64,000 nucleotides of DNA from Octopus vulgaris (lineage: Eukaryota), in assembly GCA_951406725.2 (NCBI GenBank), contig OX597838.1, positions 42,656,001 to 42,720,000 of the forward strand, given 5' to 3'. The position numbers were made by a program, and so were the translations under genes. Under the pieces are notes generated by a model. It searched no databases and was not told the DNA's origin. It was given only the letters and a program-made list of their open reading frames with translations. Positions 49,304 through 62,725 of this stretch are shown here, one piece after another (position 1 is the first letter of the stretch; every line of letters begins with the position of its first letter).

Positions 49304-49572
49304 TCACCCCTGGGCATCTTCCTCGTTTTTAGGAATATCATATATTTCGGCATAGAGAGGCGGCACTTTGAGCCGTTTCCACTGAGAGCGATACCACTGT
49401 AAGAGTTCATTGTGCCAGGTGCCAAGTGTCCGCAGCTCAGGAAGTTTCATGATGGTGTTTGCATAAAGATGTTCCTCGGTTGAGTGATTGCGACTGATCT
49501 GCAGCTTAAGGGCTTCGATAAGCTTGTCTTGGATTTTCTCAACGGCCTTGGTGTTGGTGAGACCCTGGCGGT
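49304..49572 (-). CDS. E78: Nuclear receptor E78 (NR1E), last coding exon (LBD H9-H12)
   Basis: Acceptor TTCCACAG|AC, DRQGLTNTKAVEKIQDKLIEALKLQI...LPELRTLG...PPLYAEIYDI, stop TGA. Confidence 0.93.
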
Positions 49573-50874
49573 CTGTGGAATGAACGTAGCAAACACTTAC
49601 AATTGAGGGCAGACGAAAAGGAAGAAAACGATAACATTGAAAACAAAACATATCATGTCAAATACACAAAGGTCATGGAAATATCAGAACCAAAAATAAA
49701 ATAACAAGACTGATATCATCATCATCGTCCACTTTTCCATGCTTGCCTGGGTCACACAGATTTTCTCTAGTCAGATGCCTTTCCTGTCACCAACCTTCAC
49801 CTGTTTCCAGGAAAGGTAATATTTCCCCCATGGTTGGACATGTCCTCACAGAAGGCTGGAAGTGAAGGAGGACACCACTTGCAGGATGGCAACACTCACC
49901 TGCAACGATCACATGACATCAAGGCAAGGAGACAGAGAAACACACGTCCACACAAATACGACTGGCTTTCACACAGCTTGTCTATGAAATCCACACACAA
50001 GGCTTTGGTTGGGCCAGGCTTACAGTAAATACACTTGCATAAGGGGCCACACAGAGGGACTGAACCCAAGACTATGTGCTTGGGGAGCAAACTTCTTAAC
50101 CACACGTCCATGCCAATGCCTGGCTTCTTTTTTATGAAAATCTCTTACTTCCACTGTTTGAGGAAAACTGTTGTGTTTGTACAACTCAGTTTTGAAAAGG
50201 CAACAAAAAATTCCTTCAACTTATTGCAAAATGGTTTCCCATTCAGAGATTTCTTTCAGAAACCAACAGTTTTACTCCAAATTTTTGGTTCTTTACTTCA
50301 AACTCGAATCTTATCAATTCTTGTTTCCTTTTCCTACAGATCTCTAGAAATAGATTTATTCCAAAGAGAAAACCAAGCAATGATAACATCATTGCAATCT
50401 GCAAACTCTTTGAGAAATACTTGACTCAGTGCTTCACCATTTTTAACTCATTCTTTCCTCTACAAATACTTTTGACATCCACTTAACCTTGCTTAATGGT
50501 TTATTTGAGATTCTATCAGATTCTGCACTTCAGGTCATTTCCTCAAATTGAGATCTCTCTGCCAATGACCCAGTAAATGTCATATATACAAGATCTATCT
50601 TGCTAGCAAAGCTAAGTGTGCGTGTGTTTATAGATATGTATGAATATGTATGAGTGGACAAATGAAAGAGGCACTCGACATATTTTGTAGAAATTACATA
50701 TATTATTATTATTATTATTATTATTATTTAAAGCAGTTTGATTTGGTGCCATGCTACTTAAACTTTCACAGGCTTCTGACAGAAACCCAGCTCATTGAGA
50801 TTCAAATTACAGAGTGTGTGTGTGTATATATACATACATACATACATACGTACATACATATATATATATATGCG

Positions 50875-50918
<44 letters not shown>

Positions 50919-50990
50919 TACGTATATATATATATATATATATATATAATGAATGTATGCAAGCATGGAAGAGTGGATGCTAAAATGATG

Positions 50991-51024
<34 letters not shown>

Positions 51025-51944
51025 GCATATCAACACCCATTTAGTAGATTTAGTAGACAGAAACTGAAAGAAGCCTGCTGTTTGCATGTGTGTGTGTGTG
51101 TGTGTTTGAGCGAAGAATTTTGTGTTTCTCTTCTGCTTTTGTTGCTGGTTTAGAAGCAATGGCTTCCCAAATGGTATCCTTTATTTTTAGTCCACTGTGA
51201 AGACATGTCCAGGCTTCTTGACCTGTCCAGAAATGTTGCGTAATTTTTGTGAAGAAAAGGCCAGTTCACAGAGTGTCATTAGTTCCCACTTCTCCACATT
51301 AAGCATATCTGAGCCATTTATTGTTTGATAAACTAGGTCATTATTACCTGACTTGGAAACAGGAGTTGGTTCAGGGGTAGGGTGAGATCGGGAAGTGGAT
51401 CCAACCATAAAAAGACTCTCCCCACCATTCTCTTGTCTGACCCACACAAGCATGGGAAAGAAGATATCAAAATAAGGATGATGATGATGATGATGTATTC
51501 CACACAAAAAAATCTTTCAGTATCTTTCCTCCTGGGTCCAGAAAATCCACCAGAAGAAAAAATAAAGTATATCAGCATTTTTTAAAATAAAAAAATGATT
51601 AAAGGTTTTTAAAAAAAAGCATTAAAAAGGCAAGTCTTTATTCAACATAAAAGATTCTTAAAAAGTGACGAAGTCAATTAAAATGAAATTTATTACTGTG
51701 AATTTTCCTACGGCAAATATATTCATGGCCAAATTACATATAACGCTTTCCTCCAAGACACATTTTCCCATCTATTTTGAGTAAGCTGGTGAATTATGGA
51801 ACTTGGCACCTCTGTATTTTCCAAACATGGCTGCATTATATTTTGATGGAAACACTATTGTGCTGTCTTCTACCTTAGTTTTGAGCTAACTAAAGCCTTG
51901 AGAGTGGATTTGGTGAACAGAAACTCAAAGAGGCCTGTTGCACA

Positions 51945-52085
<141 letters not shown>

Positions 52086-53530
52086 TTGTGTTCCCTTGAT
52101 TTGACACTTTGCTATATTTATGTAACACATGCCAGCATGGAAAACAGACATTGAATCACACACACGGTGAAAGGGACAATCAAACACATTAAAAGTGGCC
52201 CCTTCTTGTTTCTTTCTTCCTGTTTAGAATCAAGAGTCAGCACCTACTCAGCCTTGTGAGTCTCACCAACCTTTTTATAAAACACACTGGAATGTAACAT
52301 GCCCCCCACTTCTACCTTCACCCTCCCCTTCAAGTGGTACTTAAAGAGGAAGCTGATGATGGTGGGCCAGAGAGGAAAAATACATGCCCCCAAATCTTTT
52401 AATTCCATCCATCCTTGTTTCCAAAAGACAGCAGTAGGTAAGTCATTGCTATGAACTTGGCTGATAGCTGGACCTGTCCTCTGCCCACCAGCCGTTCAAC
52501 AGAAGGGACACCTTTTGGCAATGCATGGAAACTGAACAAGAGAGTGCAGAACCGTTTCATCATTCTATGCACATCTCAGACAGATTTGGACGTCGGCATT
52601 TCTATGCCACTGGATGGTCACTCCCATCAATTTCAATGTGAGTGTTTGAAGGAAAGGATGGAAAAAAAAGAGAACCTGCATCTATGTGTGATGGATGTGT
52701 GAATGTAATTTGAGTCCAGGAATGAGTTTTGCAACGAGGTCACAAAGGGGACAACGATGAATAGGATTTTGCTCGAGATTGGACAAATGGGTCTGCAGAT
52801 TGCATTGTTTTGTTTTTTCAACTTAAGTCGTTTAAGGGAGTAAACCCCTAGAGAAAATCTGGAGAGAGGGGCCCTAAGGCAGAAATAATAATAATAACAA
52901 TGACGACGAAAATAAATTCGCTGATGCAGGACCAGGCAAGGGTTCTCATGCCTTCTGATCTTAACTGATTGACATTGTTTTGTCTTGTTACAAAAGACGG
53001 GCTACAGCAAATATTCTGTGTGATATCATATCTGATTGTCAGTTGTTTGCCCATAACCAGTTGAGCAATCCACTTGGTGGCTGACGATATGTGCATCTCT
53101 GATCACAAGCAGGAGTAGTGGGGGAGCATCATAGACATGTGTTGAGAGGAATTCTTTGGGGTTGGACTAATTCACCCCTGGAAACAAGGGTGTTTTGTTC
53201 ATCATTCTTAAACAAACCTTATTCAGGGACCCTTTGAACAGGAAGGGCTACTCAACCTGAAGAAGATTCTAACTGGTCCCCACCTACAAGGTCATGCGTT
53301 GTTTATATTAATGAGATCATCAAGATACACATGTATGGTTGTGATGCATGTGCCTGGTGTACCCTTATCAGACAGGTAGTCATGATGAGTATATTGGGCT
53401 TCTATACTTGTACCCCAGTGTCACATTGATGGCATACACTGCTCTTGCATAATAATAATAATAATAATAATGATAATAATGATAATAATGATAATAATAT
53501 TCGTGAGTTAATGGCTGTATTAGTACTGAC

Positions 53531-53636
53531 CTGCAGTGGCAAGGACTATTCCAACAAATAAAGCAATTTCCGTATCATTCAGGTTGAGCATGTTGAAGTT
53601 AGATGTTAATTCAAACATGGTGTTTACAAAATCCAT
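53531..53636 (-). CDS. E78: E78 LBD exon
   Basis: TTTTCCAG|MDFVNTMFELTSNFNMLNLNDTEIALFVGIVLATA G|GTCAGT. Phase 0 in, 1 out. Missed by the ORF track. Confidence 0.92.
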
Positions 53637-53781
53637 CTGGAAAAGAAAACAAACATTGAAGACAGGAAAAAAAAAAAAAAAAAATTCACCTCAGGTTCTG
53701 ACAGAAAAATATACTAAGTTCATCTGTAACTTCTTTACATTTAACATCTTGCTGGCGCACACACACACACACACACACACA

Positions 53782-53813
<32 letters not shown>

Positions 53814-55859
53814 GCTGCTCTTAAACAGGGTAAGGACCCCACCACCACCACCACCACTGTTCCTGCAAAACATGGCCTTAGCTACAATGACTGAAGCAAT
53901 CTAAAGAACTATAAAATTCACTCAAATAAACACTTTCAATACAAAGACTTCTCTGGTTCCATGACCCAAACATTCTTTTTACAATGATTGAAATTAAAAT
54001 TTCATGCTAATTAATGTTTTGAAAATTAACTTTATTTTACGATGTTCGTTCTTTATTATTTTCTAAATTAATTGTCACAAAGACAATTAATTTCAATGAA
54101 AATATATATTTCTACAGAAACATAACAAATGGAGATGAAAGTTTGTGGGTGCTGGTAGCACAGGGGAAGCACCAGTGCCATCTAAAGAGCACTTTGGAAA
54201 GTGGCTGGCATTAGGAAAGGCTTCCAGCTATAGAAATCTAGAAATCATGACAAAGCAGACAATTGGAGCCTGCTGCAGCTGGCCATCTCCTGTCGAACCA
54301 TCCAACCCATGTCAGCATGGAAAATGGATGGATGATGATGATGATGAAGATGCAACAAACAACTCCAAAGAGATATAACAATGGTAAGGATTTCTTGCTT
54401 TCGCGCAGTTTGTAGAAGGACATTGTTGAATATTGTTGTAGCAGGGATCCTAGTTTGAAGGAAAGGGTGAGATGAGAGAGGCCCCACACAAACCTTGTTG
54501 GGTAATTTAGTGAACATTTAAAAAAAGGCTAAAAGGGAAAATCTAGAGAAAGGGTCCCTATGACAGATATGTACTGCTCCCTTTGTGACATATCCATGAG
54601 TGAAGAGGTGGGATGTGTACTTAGGGCCAGGAATTTACTTCTGGAAACAGACCAGGCATGGCAGCAGGGGGGGGGTTAAGTTATTGTCTCTACAAGACAT
54701 TCATCCAACAACAAAGCAGACCAACCATACCAGGAATGTCCAAACAATCCTCAAACTGGATCCAGCTCTTGAAACAATTTCAGAAAAGAAAGATTTTATA
54801 ATTTCAAAATAATCTTTCAGGTATAAATCTCGCGCTTGCATTTAGAGTAGAAGCCTAACTAAAGCTGCGATTAACTAATTTTTGTTGGTTTCTTTTGAAT
54901 TCCGACAATATCTTATGCAATTAATGAACTGAATTTAGTTTAAGAAAAATTAAGACTTTTTAAAAAAATGAAGTTCAATAATGATGATGATGAAGATGAT
55001 GAAAAGTGAATTCAAACAAAATTCTCGATTCTTTGAAGTGCAAGAGTTTGAGGTTTATACAAGAGACATTGGTCAAAGCCAATGGCCTCATCACTTTGAA
55101 GCAATTTGAGGCATTTCACATTTGGTGTATATGTTTATGCGGTGGTAGGCATGGTGGAATGGAGACATATAATTTTGGAGATTTTCTTAGCATGTGTAGA
55201 GTAAAGTAGGAGGCAAAGCAGGTAGCAAATATGGAAACCATCTCTGCAGGAATATTGTCAACAGAAGCATGAGAGTGAAGAAGGTGTGTGGACTGTGGTG
55301 ATGCATGGAAGAATTATTCCTGTTTCAGATGATGGTCTGACAAGAATCATGGTGTTGGACATGAGCTGACCACTTTGTAAAGGTGGGTGATTTTCTCCTA
55401 GTGATGGTTTTTATTTTGCTTGTTGCAGCACAGAGCCATTGCACAACTGTCTTGAAGGACTTGAGGTCTGTGAGATGTTAAAGGACAAACCTAAAAAAAA
55501 ATGGTTTCACTCCCTCTCCTAGCTGTTTCTGGTCAGTCAAGGGTAGAACACGTGTGCTGCCAAGAACAGGGAGATGAGCAAAAGATGGAACATTTTAGAT
55601 TGGAATTTAAAAAATGGCCATTCTCTTTTACTCGTAGTCAATTATAATTAACAATTCTTTTAAAAACTAGTTTCTTGCAACTTTCATTTTTAAATGTCAT
55701 TTTTACAGAAAACTGATTCTATCCAATTGGCTGACCAAATATTTACTGGAAGCTTTTCTCAACATTCAAAAACTAACCACAAGTTTAATTTCCTATTCTC
55801 TGGCCTGACAATATAAGCTATTTTCTGAAAATGTCAGTTTTTCTCATATTATTTCCAAC

Positions 55860-56397
55860 AGAGGTAGGCCCAGGAAGACATGGGACAAAGTGGTGTAGCA
55901 TGATCTTTGAACTTTGAGCCCCACAGAGGCAATGACTAGTGACCGAGACTTTTGGTGATATGCAGTGCTTGAGTAGACCCGTCAAGCTAAGTGAAATTGT
56001 AGCCACAGCTCATGCTGGTGTCATATAACTGACACCCGTGCCAGTGGCACGTAAAGAGTACCACTGAGCATTGGTGCCTCCTGGAGGCAAAGTGGCTGAG
56101 TTCCTTTTGAGTGCTGGGCCTCACAGAGGTAATGACCAAGACTTTTGGCATATGCTTGAGAAGAAGACCCATCAATCCGAGCAAAACTGCAGTCACAGCA
56201 GATACCATGCAAATGGCATTCGTGCCAGTGGCAGATAAAAGCACCCATTACACTCTCAGAGTGGTTGGCATTAGGAAGGGTATCCAGCCATAGAAAACCA
56301 TGCCAAATCAGACTGGAGTCTGGTGCAGCGTTCCAGCTTACCAGCCCTGGTCAAACCATCCAAACCATGCCAGTATGGACAACAGATGTTAAATGAT
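55860..56397 (+). mobile_element. RTE LINE 3' end with 3' UTR
   Basis: GRPRKTWDKVV-like ORF end followed by GGCACGTAAA units and the shared tail, linking the tail family to the RTE ORF. Confidence 0.8.
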
Positions 56398-56804
56398 ATA
56401 ACAACTGTACCTACAATATATTAAATTTCAACACCCCCACTCAAAAAAACACACACACACACAGCACCCATTACTTTCAGAAAGATTTTTTTTCAAGCTC
56501 AGAATTGTCAAAGCACAGAATAAGTTGGCTGCGTTGGTGCTTAAATGTCAGGCTACTGCATCCTTCCAAAATTCACCAGTTCCTGACATTCCTAATCTCC
56601 TTTTCTTCTTGTACTCTAGAAAGTACCCTACAATGTACTTTCAGCTTTCATTGCTGTCCTTCTTTACTTCACTCATTACTGTTACTGTTTTCTATTCCTT
56701 TTTTTAAACATTTTGCAATGAGTTGTAAAACACCTGAGTACAGTTTATAAGAAGCACATTATTATTGTTATTATTATACCTGTGAGAATTAAAAGGAAAT
56801 ATAA

Positions 56805-57053
56805 AAGGAGAAAGGGGTTCTCTACCCCACTTTTGACCAGGCTCCCGTGGCTTCTATGGGTTTTTCCACGAGTAACCTTTCGAAGCGCCTCCCCCTATTG
56901 GGAGTTTTAGTTGTTTCTTACATTTCGTTGTCGTCCTGCTTTTGTACACGGACTTTTTCAAACGGACAAAACCCTTTGTAACTTTCGTCCTGTGTTTTGT
57001 CCCTTTATGTTTTAATTAATTTTTGTCAGCCCTTGTGGCCAATAAACGAACAA

Positions 57054-57081
<28 letters not shown>
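56805..57081 (+). mobile_element. 3' end of an unidentified LINE-like element with AATAAA and (ATT)n tail
   Basis: CpG-retaining insert ending GCCCTTGTGGCCAATAAACGAA(ATT)n. Same terminus at 48643-48670. Confidence 0.55.
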
Positions 57082-57086
<5 letters not shown>

Positions 57087-57142
57087 GCCTGAGTAATTGC
57101 AATGGGTTATGAAACTCCCTGGCAACAAACAAGAGCACATAC

Positions 57143-57306
57143 CTGGTACACTGCCACCAACTCCTTCTTCACAATTGTGCTACCATCTTCAAAAGTCAGA
57201 CAGTCCTCTTGGGAATCAAAAGTGCGTGCTTGTCGGGAGAGCCACATTTCAAAGAAGCCGGATTTTATTAAGATCAATTGGTCGTCCTGAGAAAGATCTG
57301 CAAAAC
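57143..57306 (-). CDS. E78: E78 LBD exon
   Basis: TTTTAG|GFADLSQDDQLILIKSGFFEMWL...VAVYQ|GTATGT, nuclear receptor LBD signature. Confidence 0.93.
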
Positions 57307-57335
57307 CTAAAAGACAGAAGAAGCCAAACTGAGAA

Positions 57336-57462
57336 GTGAGATGGCACGAAGGGAGATGGCACGAAGAGAGATGGCACGAAGGGAGATGGCATGAAGGGAG
57401 ATGGCACGAAGGGAGATGGCACGAAGGGAGATGGCACGAAGGGAGACGGCACGAAGGGAGAT
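57336..57462. repeat. 15-bp minisatellite (GGGAGATGGCACGAA) x8.5
   Basis: Eight near-perfect units plus a partial one, read directly. Confidence 0.97.
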
Positions 57463-58231
57463 TTGGGGACAGGAACTGGAGGAGGGAAATTGACATTGTT
57501 GTTGTTAGAAGAACTCAAGCAGGACTGTTGTAGGTAAGTGGTTAAGAAGTTCCCTTTCCAACAACATCGTCTCAAGTTCATTCCCAGTACATGGTACCTT
57601 GTATTATAGCCCTAGGCTCTATTATAGCTATTTTAGCCCCAGGCTGACCAAAGCCTCCTGAGTGGATTTGGTAGACAAAAATTCAAAGAAGCCCATCATG
57701 TGTGTATGTATATGTAAACATCTGCATTGATATATGTATCTGTATACATGCATGTGTATATTGTCCATATCCTTGTGAGTGAGTGCCATAAGTGATGTCA
57801 TTTGGTTTGGGAAAAACACATCTAGCCACAGGGAAACATTACTTTGCTTGGAAACAAGTGGGAGCTGACAACAGGAAGGGCATTCAACTGTAGAAAATCT
57901 GCCTAAACAAATCGTGTCTGACCCCTGCAGGCAGGGAAAAGTGGATGTTAAAACAATGACGATGTGTGTTTATGTTTCTTTACCTCAACACTGCATGAGA
58001 GTTGTAAATGGGTGTCACCATCGTACAAGGAATATCATCCATTTCCAATCTTCCATGAAAACATGCCTGGCCACAGAGAAATAATTGACACTGCTCTGAA
58101 GCAGGGAAGGGTTGATGACGGGAAGGGCATCCAGTTACAGAATATCTGCCTGAATGAATTGGTGTTGGTGGTAGTGATAGTGCTGTTGTTGTTGGTGGTG
58201 GTGGTAGAGGTTGCATAAAGCTATGACCTAC

Positions 58232-58373
58232 CTGGAAGTCTTTTGGCAAATTCCACAATGCTTTGTATTGAAGGTGTTATAAGACTGGCCAGATTCTCCC
58301 ACATCAGAAGCCGGTGTGTTTTGACTTCTTCTTCAGTCAGTTGCAGAGAGGTTGAGATCGAAATGGAGTCTAA
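58232..58373 (-). CDS. E78: E78 LBD exon (H3)
   Basis: CAACAG|LDSISIS...MWENLASLITPSIQSIVEFAKRLP G|GTAGGT. Phase 0 in, 1 out. Confidence 0.92.
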
Positions 58374-59286
58374 CTGTTGACGGAAACAAAACATTCAGAC
58401 AATTAAATAGTTTCACCACATTTTTGTTTCATTACATCTCTGTGAAAGAAAATTAATTAGTTTCAAAGTGAAGGCAGCTTCCAGTGGAATTCAAGAGGTG
58501 CAAACGAGAGACTGACAAGTTTGCTTCCTAACCACATGGTTTCAGATTCAGAGTCACCTTGGGCAGGTGTCTTCCACGACAGCTCTGAGTCAATCAAAGA
58601 CTTGTGAGATATGCATTTCATCGTAGCTGCAGCTTATCAATGTTATGTACATGTGTCACTTACAAAATAAATTCCTAGCAGGAATACCTGTCATCATAGG
58701 CTTACTCAGTCAGAGCTGACCAGGGGCTAAACAACATACAATGCACGCAAATATGGAAAACAATCACAAAAGAGCCACATAATTAACGATGTGCCAGTGT
58801 GCACAACAGATTAGCAGTGAGTTTAGGACTCAGCAATTGGCTCTATATCATACTTAGACATCTTATGCAATATGGAGGAGAGGCTCAAGTGGAGAGCCTG
58901 AGCCAAATTCTATGAGAAATGCAGAAAGCAATGGTACATGTCATTTATATAGATATATTTTAACATGTCTGACATAGTGAGGAAATAAGCTGTTGACAAA
59001 CTGAAACATGAATATATAAGAAGCATAAAAACACCAAGAAGGTCTCCGGCATTTCGTCAATATATCCCTTGATTAATATACATGGACAGCCTTTGGATTT
59101 TTGTATCCAAAGGGTTTTTTTTTACCCCAGTATTTATACCTTTATCTTCTTTGAGATCCTTTGTTCCCCCCAAAAAATTATTTCACATTCTCTTGAAGAT
59201 TATAAATTCTTATAACATAAGAATAAATATATATATTTATATACACACACACACACATACATGTGTGTGTGTGTATGTATAGATAT

Positions 59287-59329
<43 letters not shown>

Positions 59330-59338
59330 GATACACAC

Positions 59339-59547
59339 CAAAGAGGCAGACTTGCGTTGCTGCATTTTCAATTTATCCTCAGTCAATGCACAGTTTGCCA
59401 AGTGGGCCTGCGACACACTCAATATGGTGTCATATATCTCCAACTGTTTTTTCTCCAGTGACGTAGGGTCCTGACTCGAGTCAGCTATGCCAATACGTTG
59501 ATCGTCTAAACTCTTGCTGCGTTTTGGAACCCTGCCATATCGCACAG
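59339..59547 (-). CDS. E78: E78 T/A-box, hinge and H1 exon
   Basis: TTTACAG|(S)VRYGRVPKRSK...IYDTILSVSQAHLANC...KSASL|GTGTGT. Confidence 0.92.
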
Positions 59548-60347
59548 CTGTAAAGAAACTTCAGGTTAATGCCAGCATAAAGTAAAAACGAAAACAAGAG
59601 ATCAATTCCTCCAGAAGTCACCAGCAAAATTTCCATTAAGCAGCCCACATTGATCTAAAGTGATGAAGCCATCCCACATGTTACATAAGCAATGGATACA
59701 TGTTACACAATTTACGCATGTGTATTGTGAAAATTTTCCATATATTGTACAACTAGCTCATGTATCCCACATTAGTGTATCATATAACCAGCACATGTAG
59801 GCTGCACAACCAGCCATGGTAATATTCCCCCAAGGCCAGACATGTTTTTGCAGAATACTGGAAATGAATGACACCAATCTGTGAGACAGTGACATTCATT
59901 GACAACTATCTCAGGATGTGAAGACAAGGTGACACACACACACACACAATATAACAGGCTTCTTTCAGTTTCCATCAACCAATTTCACTCAAAAGGCTTT
60001 GGTCAGTTTGAGGCCGTAGTTGAAGACAATTGGCCAAATGCCCAAGGTTTAGCACAGTGGTGGGATTGAACACCAAACCACATGGTTGGGAAGCAAGCTT
60101 CTTAACAACACAACTACACCCACAAGAAGCACTAAATATTTAAACATTGACCATTAATAAAAGCCAAATGTTTGTCACTGACCCCAGACACATTTACAAT
60201 CTTTGTGACATTACAACATGCAAACCTCAACTGACCACAAAACATAAAGCCATAGAAATTGGCAGTGGACAGACAATATTGACCACCAAACATATAACCA
60301 AGGACACTGACAGCCGCTAAACATTAATGACCAATGACTATACTTAC

Positions 60348-60489
60348 AATCTCTGGACATTCCGACAGCCAAACATTTCTTAAAGCGGCAGTACTGGCAG
60401 CGATTCCTGTTAAGTCTGATTACCATACACTTTCCATCACGTAAGCACCGGTATTCAATCTGTTTCTGAATGCTGCGTCGGAAGAAGCC
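60348..60489 (-). CDS. E78: E78 DBD second zinc finger exon
   Basis: [47 protein letters not shown]. The [15 protein letters not shown] stretch is characteristic of E78 rather than E75 or HR3. Confidence 0.95.
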
Positions 60490-61138
60490 CTGCAATTATA
60501 AAAAAGAGCTTTTCTTTGTACCTGTCTCTTCTGTGACCCCTCCTGCAGTGGCTTCACCATTCCACGGACCACAACTAATGCCTCATTACCTGGACCCTTC
60601 ATCAACACCCCTTTCCACTCTACCTTGACCACCACACTACTACAGTACCCCATTAATGTTATCACATGACTAGTATCTACTGCAACTAGCACACAAGCCA
60701 ACACCTCAGCATCACCACCACTACCACCAACCAAATAGTACAACATTAACTGTACCACCACTCCTACACTACATACTAACTTCAATAACCATCCCACTCA
60801 CTACCGTTGCGGGGAATGAACTACAGATCCATCTGTACCCATGTACCCATGTACACACAGGGTTCCACTGACCAGCGAAGCAGAATAGCAGAGAGTGAAC
60901 CACAAGAGAAGAGCTACTTTGGGTTGGGGGTCTGGCAATTTTTGTAGTCAACAGTATGTTTAAGGAAGGGGATGGCCTGGTTGTTTAGGGCCTCAAAGGC
61001 CAGCCAAATCTCATGCTATGATACAACCACTGACCCTTGAATTCTTTGTATCTATTTTAACCCCCTTAGAAACCAACTCATCTGAGACTGCCCCTAATTC
61101 GTTGACACAAACTTCTTCCTGTTTTGAAGTAATCTCAC

Positions 61139-61770
61139 TTAACCCTTTGGCATTCAGATTACTCCCTCAAATGTAAGGCTTATTCTTTCACATCGCTTTC
61201 AGTTAATCATGCATTATCTCTCTCTCTCTCTCTTTCATTCTCATTCTCTGGCCAGGTAACCATGTATCTCTTCCATAGCATCTCTGTCTCTAATCTTTCA
61301 TCATCTGACACAAGATCCCCTTCTCCAATGACCCCTGCCCCTCTCAAAATTCTTGGTGACCCTCCATCTGTGCTGGTCTCACGTAAAAAGCATTCAGTCT
61401 GCACATTAAAGTGGTTGGAATTTGGAAGGGCATTCAGCTGTAAAAACCATGCCCAGACTGACCCCCCTCTGTGCTGGTGCCACATAAAAAGCATTCAGTT
61501 TACTCTACGGGGTGGTTAGTGTTAGGAAGGGCATCCGACCATAAAAATCATACCAAAACAGACACAGTAGCCTGGTATAGTCTTCTACCTGGCCGGCTCC
61601 TATAAAACCATCCAACCCATGCCAGCATGAAAGACAGACATTAAATGATGATAATGATTGTATATTTTCTGAATGACATTGTAGGAGAGGTGTGAAAAAT
61701 CAGATCTGGTCAGTTTGGACATAAAACAGCAAAAATATTTCGGCTGGACATGGACATGCTAAAATGTTAA
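61139..61770. mobile_element. piggyBac-like MITE interrupted by an RTE-type tail insertion (~61220-61660)
   Basis: TTAA-CCCTTTGGCATT ... ATGCTAAAATG-TTAA ends, flanking halves colinear with 48177-48404. Confidence 0.65.
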
Positions 61771-61975
61771 AACCTTTTCATCAAAATCCTGTTAACTTTT
61801 ATTCCAAACATCAGCTTAATAAGGATTAAGCAATTTACGAATTTTTTCAGTATTTTCAAAGTTAATTGAAACAAAGACTCGTGTATTTCAACAGAAATAT
61901 GGCATCAAAACAGGTGTGTGTGTTTGCATGCTACCATTCAAGAGTGAGAGCAATATTCCTGGTCGACAGACTCAC

Positions 61976-62097
61976 CTTGCAACCTTCACACGATGTTACT
62001 CCATAATGATACCCTGAGGCTCTGTCTCCACATACTTTACATGGAACAAACGTCTGTTTAGGACTGTTAGAATCAGCTGCGAGCACATTGCTCTCTT
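61976..62097 (-). CDS. E78: E78 DBD first zinc finger exon (upstream exon not identified in window)
   Basis: CTTGCAG|...[25 protein letters not shown]|GTGAGT, P-box CEGCKG. Confidence 0.95.
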
Positions 62098-62519
62098 CTG
62101 CAAGAAGAACCAAAGACACAAAAACGGAATCAAGTAAAATTAAATGAATTCAAAGACAAATTCTTTGTGTTAGTTTTTAAAATTAATTTGATTTAATCAC
62201 CATTGGTACCGAGCTGACAGAATAAGGAAAACGAGACAGAATGCTTAGCAGCAGCAACTCTTGTGGCTCTTTAGGTTTGAGTTCAAATCCCACCACGGTC
62301 AACTTTGGCTTTCATTCTTTTGGGACAATAAAATAAAGTACCAGTCATGTACTGGGGTCAATGTAATCAACTAATCCCTTGCCCCTAAAACTGCTGGCCT
62401 TGTGCCAATGTTTGGGACCATTATCATACAACAAACACAGTAAAAACTCAACAAAATTCATTGTAGTTATGTTTATTTTCAAACTTCATCAGGAATGATT
62501 TTATCTTTCATGTCTGGCT

Positions 62520-62725
62520 AGCCTTGCCTGCTCTGGCCCCTGTGCCGGTGACATGTAAAAAGCACCCACTACACTCACGGAGTGTTTGGCGTTAGGAAGG
62601 GCATCCAGCTGTAGAAACACTGCCAGATCAGACTGGAGCCTGGTGCAGCCTCCTGGCTTCCCAGTCCCCAGTCGAACCGCCCAACTCATGCTAGCATGGA
62701 AAACGGACGTTAAACGATGATGATG
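62520..62725 (+). mobile_element. RTE-type 3' tail element
   Basis: Near-identical to 33925-34120. Confidence 0.85.
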
